Positions 42,560 through 53,965 of a stretch of DNA of 64,000 bases are shown here, piece by piece. Source of the stretch: Trichoplax adhaerens. Taxonomy: Eukaryota; Animalia; Placozoa. Location: contig NW_002060962.1 of assembly GCF_000150275.1 (NCBI RefSeq), forward strand, positions 124,001-188,000. The letters run 5' to 3'. The notes under the pieces were generated by a model, which searched no databases, had not been told where the DNA came from, and saw only the letters and a list, made by a program, of their open reading frames with translations. How positions within the stretch are numbered: the first letter of the stretch is position 1; every line of letters starts with the position of its first letter. Both the position numbers and the translations under genes were made by a program.

Positions 42560-44407
42560 ATATAAAACAAGGATAATCTTGCTTTCTATCATAAAAATAT
42601 ATCCCATTTTGTACTAGTTATATCGTGATTTCCTGGTCCAGAATTCTCATTGCCGGGCGTTTGCGTTCGCAGTGAACGGTCTTGAACTTTTTTACTTTTA
42701 TTAGCAGCGATATTGGCCAGTTCGCTATGTCCACCTGTATCATTGTCGTCATTATCAAACTTCGATCTTTTATTCTGAAGTGGCCTGAATATATGTCAAA
42801 CCTAAATTAGTCAGTTTCTCCTGAGATGCTTGATAGGTGTCTATCTAATATCTATTAAAGTTAATTTTTGCTAATGGCCGCGTCGATCGTTAATTCATCT
42901 ACACCTAGAAATACTATTTATTTATTTAGCTACAGAGCTGCCAATGTAATATAAAAAGTATTTACAATTACATCACATCAAGATAATCATACTGTATTGT
43001 AGTATTTAAGCTATTTACTGCTTGGACAAGTTAAATAGCATCTCTTTATGTTGGTAAAAATTCCTACTTTAATTTAAAGCGTGTTGTACAAGTTAAGCTA
43101 TCACTTATAACGTAACTATTTGCTAGTCGATTTTGTTTTCTTTTTGCGGACATTATGAAAGATTTGTGGATCTGTCGTCACTTCGATTCCTTCTATAGTA
43201 TCATTGTCGTGAGCAGTATTTTCGTCCTAATATGATAAAGACAGTAGCTTATACCATCGAGTATCGGACAGAGATTACAACGGACAAATAAATTAAATGG
43301 ATTTGCACTGTCGTGATAATTAATTATCGAAAGAAGTTAATTCCGTAAATGTTGATAAACAAATCTAGTTGCATGCGTATTGTATGTTAGCGCAATGTTA
43401 AGCTAGCTATTGGATCTACTTTATGAGTAGACGCCATCTTGTCATAATATACAGTACCGTATGATGATATTGTATCAATTGCTGTTTCGATCGATGCGAT
43501 TGTATAAATCTTACGTCTTGATCGTGACTGATAAATTGATCCCATGAAATACAATGAGTTCGTGGTAGTGGTATCTATAGGTGTATTTAGTCTGAGTAAT
43601 AGTAGCTAGTGTAGTATTAAATGGTTCAATTTCGTTATATATGAGTTTACAAAATTCAGTTTACGTACATCATCAGCATTGGAAGCTGACTGAAATTCCT
43701 GTATAGTACGATAATCGCATTCAGAATACTCTTCCGGAGATTCTTGTATACTGCGACAATCATTTTCAGTATGCTGTTCCGACGGTTTTCTAATTAAAGG
43801 CGAAATGTGTGACACCAACATGAGCTCCAATGAGCTAAGGCTCTAATTATGTATTTAAAATAATAAATAAATAAAAAAACTGACGAGAGTATAGCAGCTT
43901 CTCTTTCACCCCTCATCATATTTAATTTTTGGACATGATTTCTGCAGTCAGCAGCGCTACCATTACCATAAATCTACAATAAAGAGCAGAGTAAAAAACA
44001 TAACTATAGTTATATATAAAAGAAAATACAATACTGTACTGTATTAGTTACCAAGAAATATTTTAAATGCACTATTTTTACTAACGAGTGTTTACTACAG
44101 TAGACTTACGATAATAATAACAATAACCATGATAACTTGGATATTTTCATTGGTTAGAAATGATAGCTTACATCCGCAGACCTTACAGCTCCACTTTTAG
44201 CTTTTGTTTCCTATCGAAATGGAAGTAATGCAATACAGTACAGTATTGTATCGCTTGGCCCATCCCTGACTTAAATTAGGCTGACCATCAAGTAAGAATT
44301 TCGTTGATGGTGAGAGTGCTACTTATTACTGTATTATTCTGATTTATTCGTTGGGGATTTCGACGTGTTTCAACTTTGAATTTAGTGCCAGTACTGAGTT
44401 GAGTCAT
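42560..44407 (-). CDS. Uncharacterised multi-exon gene for a hydrophilic protein
   Basis: Phase-compatible GT-AG exons: MTQLSTGTKF...NNT (44330-44407), ETKAKSGA(VRSAD) (~44172-44210), IYGNGSAADCRNHVQKLNMMR (~43911-43973), SLSSLELML...NADD (~43668-43842), IPLPRTHCISWDQFISHDQD (~43515-43574) and DENTAHDND...KKKTKSTSK (~43120-43226), with a possible further exon at ~42560-42784. No family recognised; both ends are uncertain. Confidence 0.5.
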
Positions 44408-46258
44408 GGACAACTTATGTGCTTAATATCAAGATATTTCTTTGAGTCGAGTCTTCTATCGATTCGAACAGTGCAACAATTGATCTCTACAGTGAACAGT
44501 ATCTGCTATATCCGAAGCTTTGATCTTGGCCATTCAAGGTCCGTCAAAATGCTACAGTACAGTGCTACTGTACTGTGCAAATAAAATACTATCAAGACTA
44601 TTCCTGTAGTCGTAAAGGCCTATGTCTATGTAAGTACGAAATCTTGACCCAATGACTATCGAATGATGAAATGGAACTATTTCATTACGTTACTCGTTGT
44701 AATTCAAGCTGATTTATGCCCTAACGCTAAACAAGGTACGGATTTTACAGCTTAAATCGAAAATCTAGCTCTTAGTAGAATTATTTATCGATCCTTAACT
44801 TCTTTATACCATCCTGCTATCAAGGTACATTAAAAGTCTTGTAAGCGTATCACGGCTAACTCACTAAGATAGGAGATAAGTTAAGTTAATTTGGTAGGAT
44901 TCTGTGACTAAATATGTATATCATACATGCATAAGATCGTTTAGGGTCAAGTAATTCCTGATTGATAATTAATAATTAGTTATTAGTGAAAAGCTTGTTA
45001 AAATAAGTACCATAAACGTACAATACGAATATATATGTTGCGGCTAAAGTTATGTGTGTTATATGTGTGTGATATATATATTTAAAGGTATTACAAATCA
45101 ACCTCGAGATTTTTAACAACTATAGAATTGGGTGATCAATAATAACTAGATCATTGATAGTCCTGTACTACCTGATAATTTAGTATCCGAGAATATCACA
45201 TGAGAAAGTAATTTTCAATGTTACATCTCATAAATCTATACACAATTCTCATCCTGTATTCATATACAGTAGTTACGGAATGAGATTTTCGTTAGTTACG
45301 TTGATGCATACAGTTTCTATATTATAAGCTTACTGCAAGACTTTCGAAAACGTAATAAGTATATAGATAGGTATAACACTAATACTGTAACCTTCAACCT
45401 TCAACTGGTAGACGCTTTAGGTAGATATACGCGTAGATATACGTAAGTTGTTGTATGTAACTGTATAATATCATATTACTACTTATTTTTATTTGTTATT
45501 CGTATAATCTATATGACACTATACTGATATGCGTTTATACACATTGCACCTACGTAGTCGTCCAAATAACGCTTCTTCGAGTTTACGAAAATTTTAAATA
45601 ATTTAATAGTGTAAAATTATGTTCAAATTTATTAAAGTTTACCTATTTTAAATTGTTTTATTATAGAACTAGAAACCAAAACAGTACTGATACTCTTATT
45701 CTTGAATATGCGCATTTAAAATAAAAGGCATTAGAATCGGTACTATAAAAGAAGAGACTATAGTAACAATGTCATTACTACTCTAGCTCTAAATAATAAG
45801 ATGTTGGTCAAAATTTTGACTACAAAGTGGAAAATATGCATATATACGTTCCTTAAAGTATTATGTTGTTTATCAGATCTGTCGCTACTTATTGTTAACG
45901 AATACTTTTCTTAGTTAAATACCCAATTTTACAAATACAATATCGATGGAATTCTATAATATAATGGCATATGGTACAGTTGACAGTGAATAGATAATAA
46001 TAATATTCTACGATACTATACTCATGTATGAAAGGCGTCACAGTAAACACCTACGTATCTCTGTATATATTTTCTATCACAGTGAGAGTATACGATGCTA
46101 TAAAGATTAGCATACAATTAATTCTTGTTATGAGCTCAGTCACGACTTTGATTTAAATTTCTAAATATTTTGCTAAAATGCGTATATCTGGATATATTGA
46201 CAGCTTAATGACACGAGCATTGCAATGACTAACACTCATACGCTACGGTTAGATACAG

Positions 46259-48771
46259 TTATACCTTTGATGAATTTAAATCGATTGTCATGTTACAATA
46301 ACATATAGTCTTGTCACCTTTCGTCAACAAGAAGTGAAGCTTTTGTGGATCTTCATGATTTTGGAATGTAGTTATTTCAAGTTGTTGGCTTTCTCGACAA
46401 TGATTTACGTAACAAATGTCGAATTCTCTAACACAATTTGGGTTGAAATCATAGGTAAACCCGGTATGATAAGCTGGTGAACGCTTATAAATTGCATTTG
46501 CTGCCACATCGAAGCAGAAAGTAAAATAACGGGAGTTTTTAATTATATGCTGGTAATCTAAATCGTCATAGCGTGAATAAAAGGTGTGTTTATATGCATC
46601 TTTAGGTATTTCTGATGGCATATTAACCTATTTGTAAAGCGATAAGATAAAATGAAAATGATGATAATTAGTACAGTATATCTAGTTTTAACAAGTTCGT
46701 TATCACCCGCATTTATTATTCATATAAAAAACGACGAGCATCTTATGTCTACTTAATTCTTCTAACTGAGAACACTACTTGCAAGTATCATAATACTGTT
46801 AACTATAAATATCAATTATTTATTAAAAGACTGATAATATCCTAACCTCATGTGGTCCGAATTTGTTGCGATACTCTGAAAATGTTTTCTGATGCCAATC
46901 AGTAAACGGAACACCTTTACCATTTTTCATACTAAAGTTAACGATGTTACTTGCAATGGATATTAATACTTTATCATGTAGTTGGAGATCTGTATTGACA
47001 ATAAAGGATGATTTGCCCAAATTAAGTAGCTTTAATTCTTGCTTAAGATCTTGAAATTGGTCGATTTTGAATAATTCGGGGTCGATTTTTATCCGATGAG
47101 TAAAAATAACTTGTATAGCATCTTCAAGAAGATGACCTTTCAAGTAGCCTTGAGCAAGATAACAGTTTAATCGTGAATTGGAAATTGCCTCTTTTACATA
47201 CTCAAGAAGTACATTGTTAAAGCGATCGCGATGGAAGCCCACTGAAGGAACGTCAGTATGGACACAGACATCTGATTCTGTGTGCATCGGTAATCGCCAC
47301 TGTGGCAATTCGCCAGCAATTTCACGATCTAAGTCTAGATATCCTTTGCACACAATCTCTTCTCCACATTTACCAATACATAGAATACGATTAAGTTCTA
47401 TATTCTCATAAACAGAAACATCAACGGTATCGCCTACAGAAACTTTTCCGGTAATATCTAGGTGTAACTCTTTAATTTGAGCTAAAGAACTTATTCGCGT
47501 TGCTATCCGAAATTTTTTTGACAACATAGCACTACGAATGCCGTGTTGGCAGTAACTTAACATCTGAGCCCAATTTACGTTTCGATTTTCATCCAAGTCG
47601 CTAGGTCGTACCTCCACGGATGATATCATGCATGGTTCGGATGGCAAACCTAATTTTTCTAGATTTATCAAGCTATGTTTAAGGTCATCACGAATTTGAG
47701 AGTTACGCAATTCCTCAGTTACATCATCCGATATTGCGTGCAGTTTATGATCTTGAGTAACTTCAGTCGTGGCTTCAACTTTACATAGCAAGCTTTTATC
47801 ATCGCCAAGAGTCATTTCACATAAGGTCTTGAAGGCATTCTTGTTGAAATTTGTCAGCTTAACCATTGCGTTACCAAGTAAACCATAGTGAAAATTATAA
47901 AAATTGGGATCAATCGTCATTTTCACTGATTTTAAGAGAGGTTTGGTACCATCTTTAAATAGTCCAAAAGTTTCATTCATAAAACGAGAACTTAAGGCAC
48001 CAGCAAGATGGCCAGTATTGGGTACATTGGCCTTGCGGTTTTGATCAACGAAAAAGTTGACGCCAGACAATGAGCCGGGATATTCAGCGGACGTGGCTGC
48101 AGATCTAAGACCGTAAGCACTCCATATCGATGGAGTGAGCCTGTTGATTTTGCCTGCAAATTGAGCATCATTCTATGCGTTATTGAGGATGAGCATTGAA
48201 AAGCTTGTTGGATATTTCTAATGTCATCGTTAATAAGTAAAGTATAAAGCGTGAGTACTGTGCACATACAGTATAGTACGCGAAATATCGCGAACGGGAG
48301 GGCATACCAATAATTAATTAATTGATTGATTGACTTGAACTTTAAGTGATATTCTTATTGGTCATCATTAAATTACTTAACTGTAAGAAATAAACTATGA
48401 TGCGTATCATTCTTCTAATTATTATGGTAAACTAACTAAGTAGAGTAAGTACGTTAACATAATGATCTTTTAATAAGGAAATAAAAATAGCGTTATATCA
48501 ATGACCAACTATGGTATAAAGTACGTTAGATGTGGTCTACGTAGCGAAATTTCAGATAATTTGATATAACAGATAGTGTTAACACCGTAAATAGTACTCG
48601 TCTACTACGGAATAGTATAATACAGTACAATATATCAGAAGTAAAAGGTAAATATTACTAATAACAGATGAAGATCATGAAAGGATTTGTTTGATGGTCA
48701 AAAATAATCTAACCTCTAGAAAGGCGATAAGAGAATGGAGGGACGACGGAAGACGCTCGCAACACTTGCAT
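46259..48771 (-). CDS. Multi-hot-dog-fold (acyl-ACP/acyl-CoA thioesterase-like) protein of ~577 aa with a putative mitochondrial presequence, copy 1
   Basis: Exons 48714-48771, 46847-48153 and 46259-46627 join in frame through GT-AG sites (58+1307+369 nt). Motifs include VEVRPSDLDENRNVN, FYSRYDDLDYQHIIKNSRY and LLNLGKSSF...IVNFSMKNGKGVPFTDW. The N-terminus MQVLRASSVVPPFSYRLSRGKINRLTPSIWSAYGLRSAATSA is R/S-rich with no acidic residues. Confidence 0.8.
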
Positions 48772-48849
48772 ATTTCAAACAAATGGAAACGTTCTATAGT
48801 TATACTTCATCAAACGGTTGCTGAAACAGAAAAGATAAAAACAGTGATA

Positions 48850-49850
48850 TTAGTTATCAACAGATATCCTAGCCAAGTAATTATAAGTTGTAACGGTATG
48901 ATTGTGATTTATAGTATAGAAATTTATCGTTTGGATCTACAGTAAGCGTCCAATGTAGTAGCAGTCTTGCTATGGTGAATTCAACTATTCGCTAGGATAT
49001 GATTTGTAAAGTTGAACGAGTTGTAATATCTCTCATGATATACAGTATAATTGTAGACTTTCATTGGTGTCGATGGATTCAGAAAATATACTGAGAACTT
49101 AAGTTGAAAATCCAATGCAGTATTTATTTACTGAATAATCAGTACAGCTCCTATCATTCTTCCATGATAAAAATAGTAACAACAGTATAGGTCTAATGGC
49201 AGAATGCACGATACTGTATCGTGTAGTATCATTTTAAGATCGGTATTATTGTGTCCGATTATATTGCCTACTTAATAAATTCTCTCTTTTTCCTATTAGT
49301 TGTCCCTGAAGGGAGAAAATCTCCATCTCCTTCTTGTCCCTCTCTATTTTAGCCTCCTGATATGTACTTTGGTAGTCTAACGCTAGCGACTTTGTCTGTA
49401 ATTGTAATGGCATGTTGTCGTACTGTGATATAATATGTATATCTACTCCTCTACAGCATTCTGCAATTTATGAGCCCCAAAATCAAGAATTTATCCGTCA
49501 TGGCAGAGATCCTAGCAAAGTTGTTCAATTTTTGACTTCCACCCAAAATAATCATACACATGGTGGTAGATTTATCTTCAAGAATTAATTAATAATAACA
49601 ATAGATTACTTAATTTACTACCGCTGGATACAATAGAATTCCTTTAGGCAATAGCGACCCCCCCCCCCTAAGAATTTAAATAACAACATAGAACATAAGT
49701 ATTGAGGTGGACTGCAATATGATTCATTATTATTTGTGCATTTAGGCCAGGCCATGCAAGAGCTGCCATGGGCTACCAGAAGGTCTTCTATTAATCCATG
49801 GATCTGCTGCTGCCAATGCAATATGGCAGGATACAACGCCCATCAGATAA
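48850..49850 (-). pseudogene. Decayed ORF, possibly TPR-repeat, upstream of the hot-dog gene (paralog at ~58380-59350)
   Basis: Differences between copies are often synonymous on the minus strand (GCG/GCC, GGA/GGG, GGT/GGC, ACC/ACT). Fragments include QYDNMPLQLQTKSLAL...IFSLQGQL and NHNHTVTTYNYLARI, with many stops. Confidence 0.35.
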
Positions 49851-51144
49851 ACGTGAGCAATTGAGCATGACCTCGTTAGTGCCTACTGACCTCTGACCCT
49901 CACTAGATACAGTATAGTAGATAGAAATACTATGTACTGTACCCTTAGATCACTGTTCGGGCTTTAATTTATTTATTGTAATTAGCTACAGGTAATCGCA
50001 ATCATTCTCCCCCCCCCCCAAAAAAAAATGGAGATTACATCATCGTTAGCATCATGAATAAGGTGGACTAGATTTTTGGGGGGAAAGACAAAAATTGGAG
50101 GGATTGTCAAGGTAATTTTTACTCAAAAGTGTATTTCAAAAGCTACAGTCTTTCTCCATGCTACGAATGCGACGCGACAAAGAAAATGCTTGCTTAAATA
50201 AACAACATCATCGTATTTGCTTGGCTACTAAAATAAATAAAATAAAATTAAAATTCGTCGAGCAGATCCTTTCAGCACCTTACTTAACGGCGAAGTGAGT
50301 TGAGTAACACAGTGCTAACTACCAGTATGTACTGTACTGAACAGATAGCAATTGCAAAAGAAATAGCATATTGCAATTGGAATAGCGAATCATTGTACGT
50401 TTCATCTTGACATACATATTGAGAACTGAGTCGCTCATTAGCGGATCAAAGAATGAAAAAACTTTTCAATACAGTAACGAAGGCATTCTACTGTCCTGTA
50501 GTCCCATATTGGCTTGTAAATCCACAACGCGCACAAGTACAGTAGATCGATCAAAAATAATCTTGCACTAATGCGATTGGAGAAATAGCCCCATTGGATT
50601 CACAAACAAATCAGTCCATAACGTGTAACCTTTTTTCATGATTCTTAGGCAGAGAAGAGCATAATCACCCACTAGATATTGACCGTTATTTCATAGACAG
50701 TTGAAAAAACAATGATACCAAATTAAATCTCTTGAGGGATTGGAACATTGAGTAGTGGGTAGTAGGTACGGTATAATAGCTAATTGCTTGACGATTGTTC
50801 TCTTTAGTCTGTAACTACACGGCCTTTCCATCCTTGTGTACACATAAATAACTGTTTGCTTTTACAACATTACAATACGTTACAACAGGCTCTAATCAAC
50901 TACTGTACAGTAATGTAAATGCACAAGATTGCCAAGCACGATAAAGGAAAAATATTTTTTCAGGCTCGCTAATTAATAAAAAAATTTTTCACTAGTGTAC
51001 ACAGTATACTAAGCTCCTTGTCTTACCGTAAGAATGCCCTTTCGTACTCAAAACAGCTGCAATCGTACTAGGTTGCTTATTTTAGCCACTGTTAAAATAA
51101 CATACAGACCGTATAAATTAACGGTTCAAGATCTACTTTACTCT

Positions 51145-52110
51145 ATGGATGTCCGTTATCAACGACAGCATAAATCAAAAAACTTTCCTTGAGTAAAGCT
51201 GAAAAATATTGTAGTCGCTAAGTAGAAAGTCGCCTATCATGCTATGACGAAGAGCTGAAGAGCTACGCTTTATCAACGAGATAGATAGGCTCGAATTTTC
51301 TACTGTCAAGTGTATAACAGATGATTGGTGTTGACCATGAAAGGCAGTGGTGGGGTTGCAATGGTGATCGCTATTGAATCGTGTCTACAAAAGTAAAAAT
51401 GACGATCGCACATTTTTAAAATCCAAGGAGAATCCGTTCAAATGGAACGGTTTAATTTACGCTATTGTACCATAGTATCGAATTATAGTAAGTTCAAAGA
51501 ATCCATTGCATCTTGGCCATGGAATCAGCCTTGCAAATTTGATCAGGAAAAAAAATGAATAATCACCTCAATGACATGTGATCCACACCTTGGGGGAAGA
51601 ATAGCAAGTTACTAGATGAGTACGACTCAATACTCGCTGATATCGATCTGTTTCTACTCGCAATCCCAGCAATAACATTAGATATTTAATATTTTAAGTT
51701 TTTTAACTAATTAATTGTGAACAACGCTGGCGCTGCCGTTTGCCGACGAGCCGATTTTCTTCAACAAGAGCGACACTGACTACAGTAGCTGGCAAATGTT
51801 TCAATAAAAATGAATAAATCCAATACAGAAAAAGAATTGAAAAGCAATACTACTATTACAAGCATCAGACCTGAAAGAACTTAGCTGTTGGCTTTAACAA
51901 AATTGGGGAAAATAGGAAAGAGATTTGCAATTTCAATATTCAAACTTACTCGAGCCTTGCAAGGTCTCGGTGCTTACCATGCCAACCAATGCCGTACTGT
52001 AGAATACAATAAGGACTGAATGTAAGACCAGAAATACGATATTGTCGGTTCAATCCGGCTGTCTGTCGCTGTAGTGTGGGCGGAATAGTACTGTAGGCTG
52101 GTCTAAATAA
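51145..52110 (+). pseudogene. Decayed intronless ORF of unknown family, copy 1
   Basis: Paralog of 60670-61611. Substitutions between copies fall mainly at synonymous third positions; stops and frameshifts are present. Confidence 0.55.
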
Positions 52111-52139
52111 GACCGTTTTAGCTACGAGAACAGTATATT

Positions 52140-52245
52140 AATTATATATATATACATGTATATACATAATATTGTAATTACATATATATATACATGTATA
52201 TATATATAATTATTATGATTACATATATTGTATATATACATATTA
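52140..52245. repeat. (TA)n-rich microsatellite at the edge of the duplication
   Basis: tatatatatatacatgtatata is repeated immediately after homology to copy 2 ends. Confidence 0.8.
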
Positions 52246-52411
52246 TTTAAAGCAATGGAGGTAAACGATAGCAAGTTTTCTTGATAAAGCTCACAAGAGA
52301 ACTAATTTATTCAGTACTGTTATGCTCTGTTTACGTACAGTACCGTATTCAATCATCCCTACATTTTAATAAAAATAATTAATATCGATCAAATCGATCT
52401 CGCAGCGTAGG

Positions 52412-53965
52412 ATGGCATCGTCAACTAATGATCCGAACATCGATTCCATAATGCTATAATCTCTCTTCGTCAATATCACATCGTAATTTATTGGAGTCTT
52501 GAAATCATTGTAATGATATTAAACCTTGAGCAAGAATTAATATCGGAAATTTCACAAGGCGTAATGAACGTAATGGAAAAATTGCCATACAAATAGTAAA
52601 AGTTAGTTACTGTATCATGTTGCAGATGCTAATTGAAATAAAATAATAAGTAATGTCACTAATGGAATACGATACTTCTACACCTATACATTATTCTTCT
52701 TTAGCACAATAGGAGAGAAGATACCTTTCGAACTACATCTTACTACGCGGAAATCTGCTTTGCAGGTATTATATTAAGATTGATCACATATTCGTAAATA
52801 AATATACGTACACTTGTACAGTATATACTGCACTTATATACAGTAATACAATAACGTTAACATCATTACGTTAATTAATTATAGCATCCAGAATCATAAA
52901 TGAATAGATACTCATGTTTACCACTGCTCGTGTTAAATATGTTCTTGAAACAGGCAATATATTACACTATATATTTTTGTATAAATACAGTATATTATAC
53001 TTCTATACATCGGCTGTTTTACGCCATGTCGAATTTGTTTCTTACAAATCTAATGTACTAGCACATTCTACAATATAATTAAAATAGCTAACGCGATAAT
53101 TTTGGGCAAAATATCAACGTAGGATCAAGGTACTCCCAAAAAACAAAAGAAATAGGTACTGTTAGCTGATAATTTTAAAATCATCGCTACCTATTGCTAA
53201 ACCGAACTTGGTCACGGTAATCAACTATTAAATATACTCTATGACCGTATTCTAATATTTGATATCCTAAAATAATACAATCGCCCTTATTTATTTACTT
53301 GTTTCGCGACTAGTTGAAGCAACTTATTCTTATTCTTAACTCTAAATGGGTATTCGTATTTTGCTTATATTGGAATTAGGTACCTTTGTTTGAGGATTAA
53401 AAACAACCGCTACATATGACCCGAAAACTAGAGAATTTATCTTAAATACTCCTACTTTTAACGGCTACAAAATGGTGGGTTAGCAAATGTAAGCAATCAA
53501 TGCCACTGTCTTATCACTCCCCAATTTAACGAAGAGAACACAATCGCTAATTAAATTTATATGACGCATGTAATAATATCAAGTCCCTTATTTGCGTATT
53601 TATGTTTTGTTTAGTGACTAATGCTGCGACTCATACGGCTGTGATGGCTCAATTGTGGACTCAGAATAAGTGTTATGGACTACATTTACTCATTCTCCAG
53701 GTTCGTAGTCTAGAAGATCATACTCCTCTACCTGGAATTACCCAAGGAGATATTGGGAATAAATTTGGGCATAACAGCATTGATAATGGTTTTATGCGAT
53801 TGGATAGTATAAGAATACCCCATGATCAAATGTTAATGAAACGTTCAAGAGTAAGTAAAGATATACAATAATCTGTATACGAGTATATCTCGACTCGTCT
53901 TATGATTTATGTAAATGTTGTTTATATATCGCCGTAGGTTACACTCGGCGGAAGCTATATCCCGG
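52412..53965 (+). pseudogene. ACOX1: Peroxisomal acyl-CoA oxidase 1-like pseudogene (N-terminal half, introns retained)
   Basis: DQGTPKKQKK*VLLADNFKIIATYC*TELGH|GTFV*GLKTTATYDPKTREFILNTPT(frameshift)TATKWW and THTAVMAQL...YGLH...VRSLEDHTPLPGITQGDIGNKFG..SIDNGFMRLDSIRIP..QMLMK|VTLGGSY. Stops at 53198 and 53391; truncated before the duplication breakpoint at ~54270. Confidence 0.88.

Larger units (their letters stand above)
44599..52120. repeat. Segmental duplication, copy 1 (paralogous to 54270-61620)
   Basis: Direct alignment with offset ~9.67 kb. 44599-48285 is near-identical to 54270-58032; 48420-52120 is collinear with 58033-61620 but has many substitutions and indels. Confidence 0.95.

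Noticed and set aside
46823-48070. 415-aa and 120-aa ORFs as two separate bacterial-like genes or an operon
   Set aside because: GT-AG sites join them in frame and the 415-aa ORF begins at TTG within an exon, so they form one spliced eukaryotic gene.
48269-48305. MPSRSRYFAYYT as first exon of the hot-dog gene
   Set aside because: Its ATG is deleted in the otherwise intact copy 2, whereas the 48714-48771 exon is conserved in both copies.
49456-49580. Sulfotransferase-like FIRHGRDP fragment on the plus strand
   Set aside because: Paralog differences are first-position, non-synonymous on plus but synonymous on minus, so plus is not the ancestral coding strand.
51714-51735. Short-chain dehydrogenase suggested by VNNAG and KGSGG
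   Set aside because: VNNAG is absent from the paralogous copy (MVGAG), and no YxxxK or proper TGxxxGxG motif is seen.
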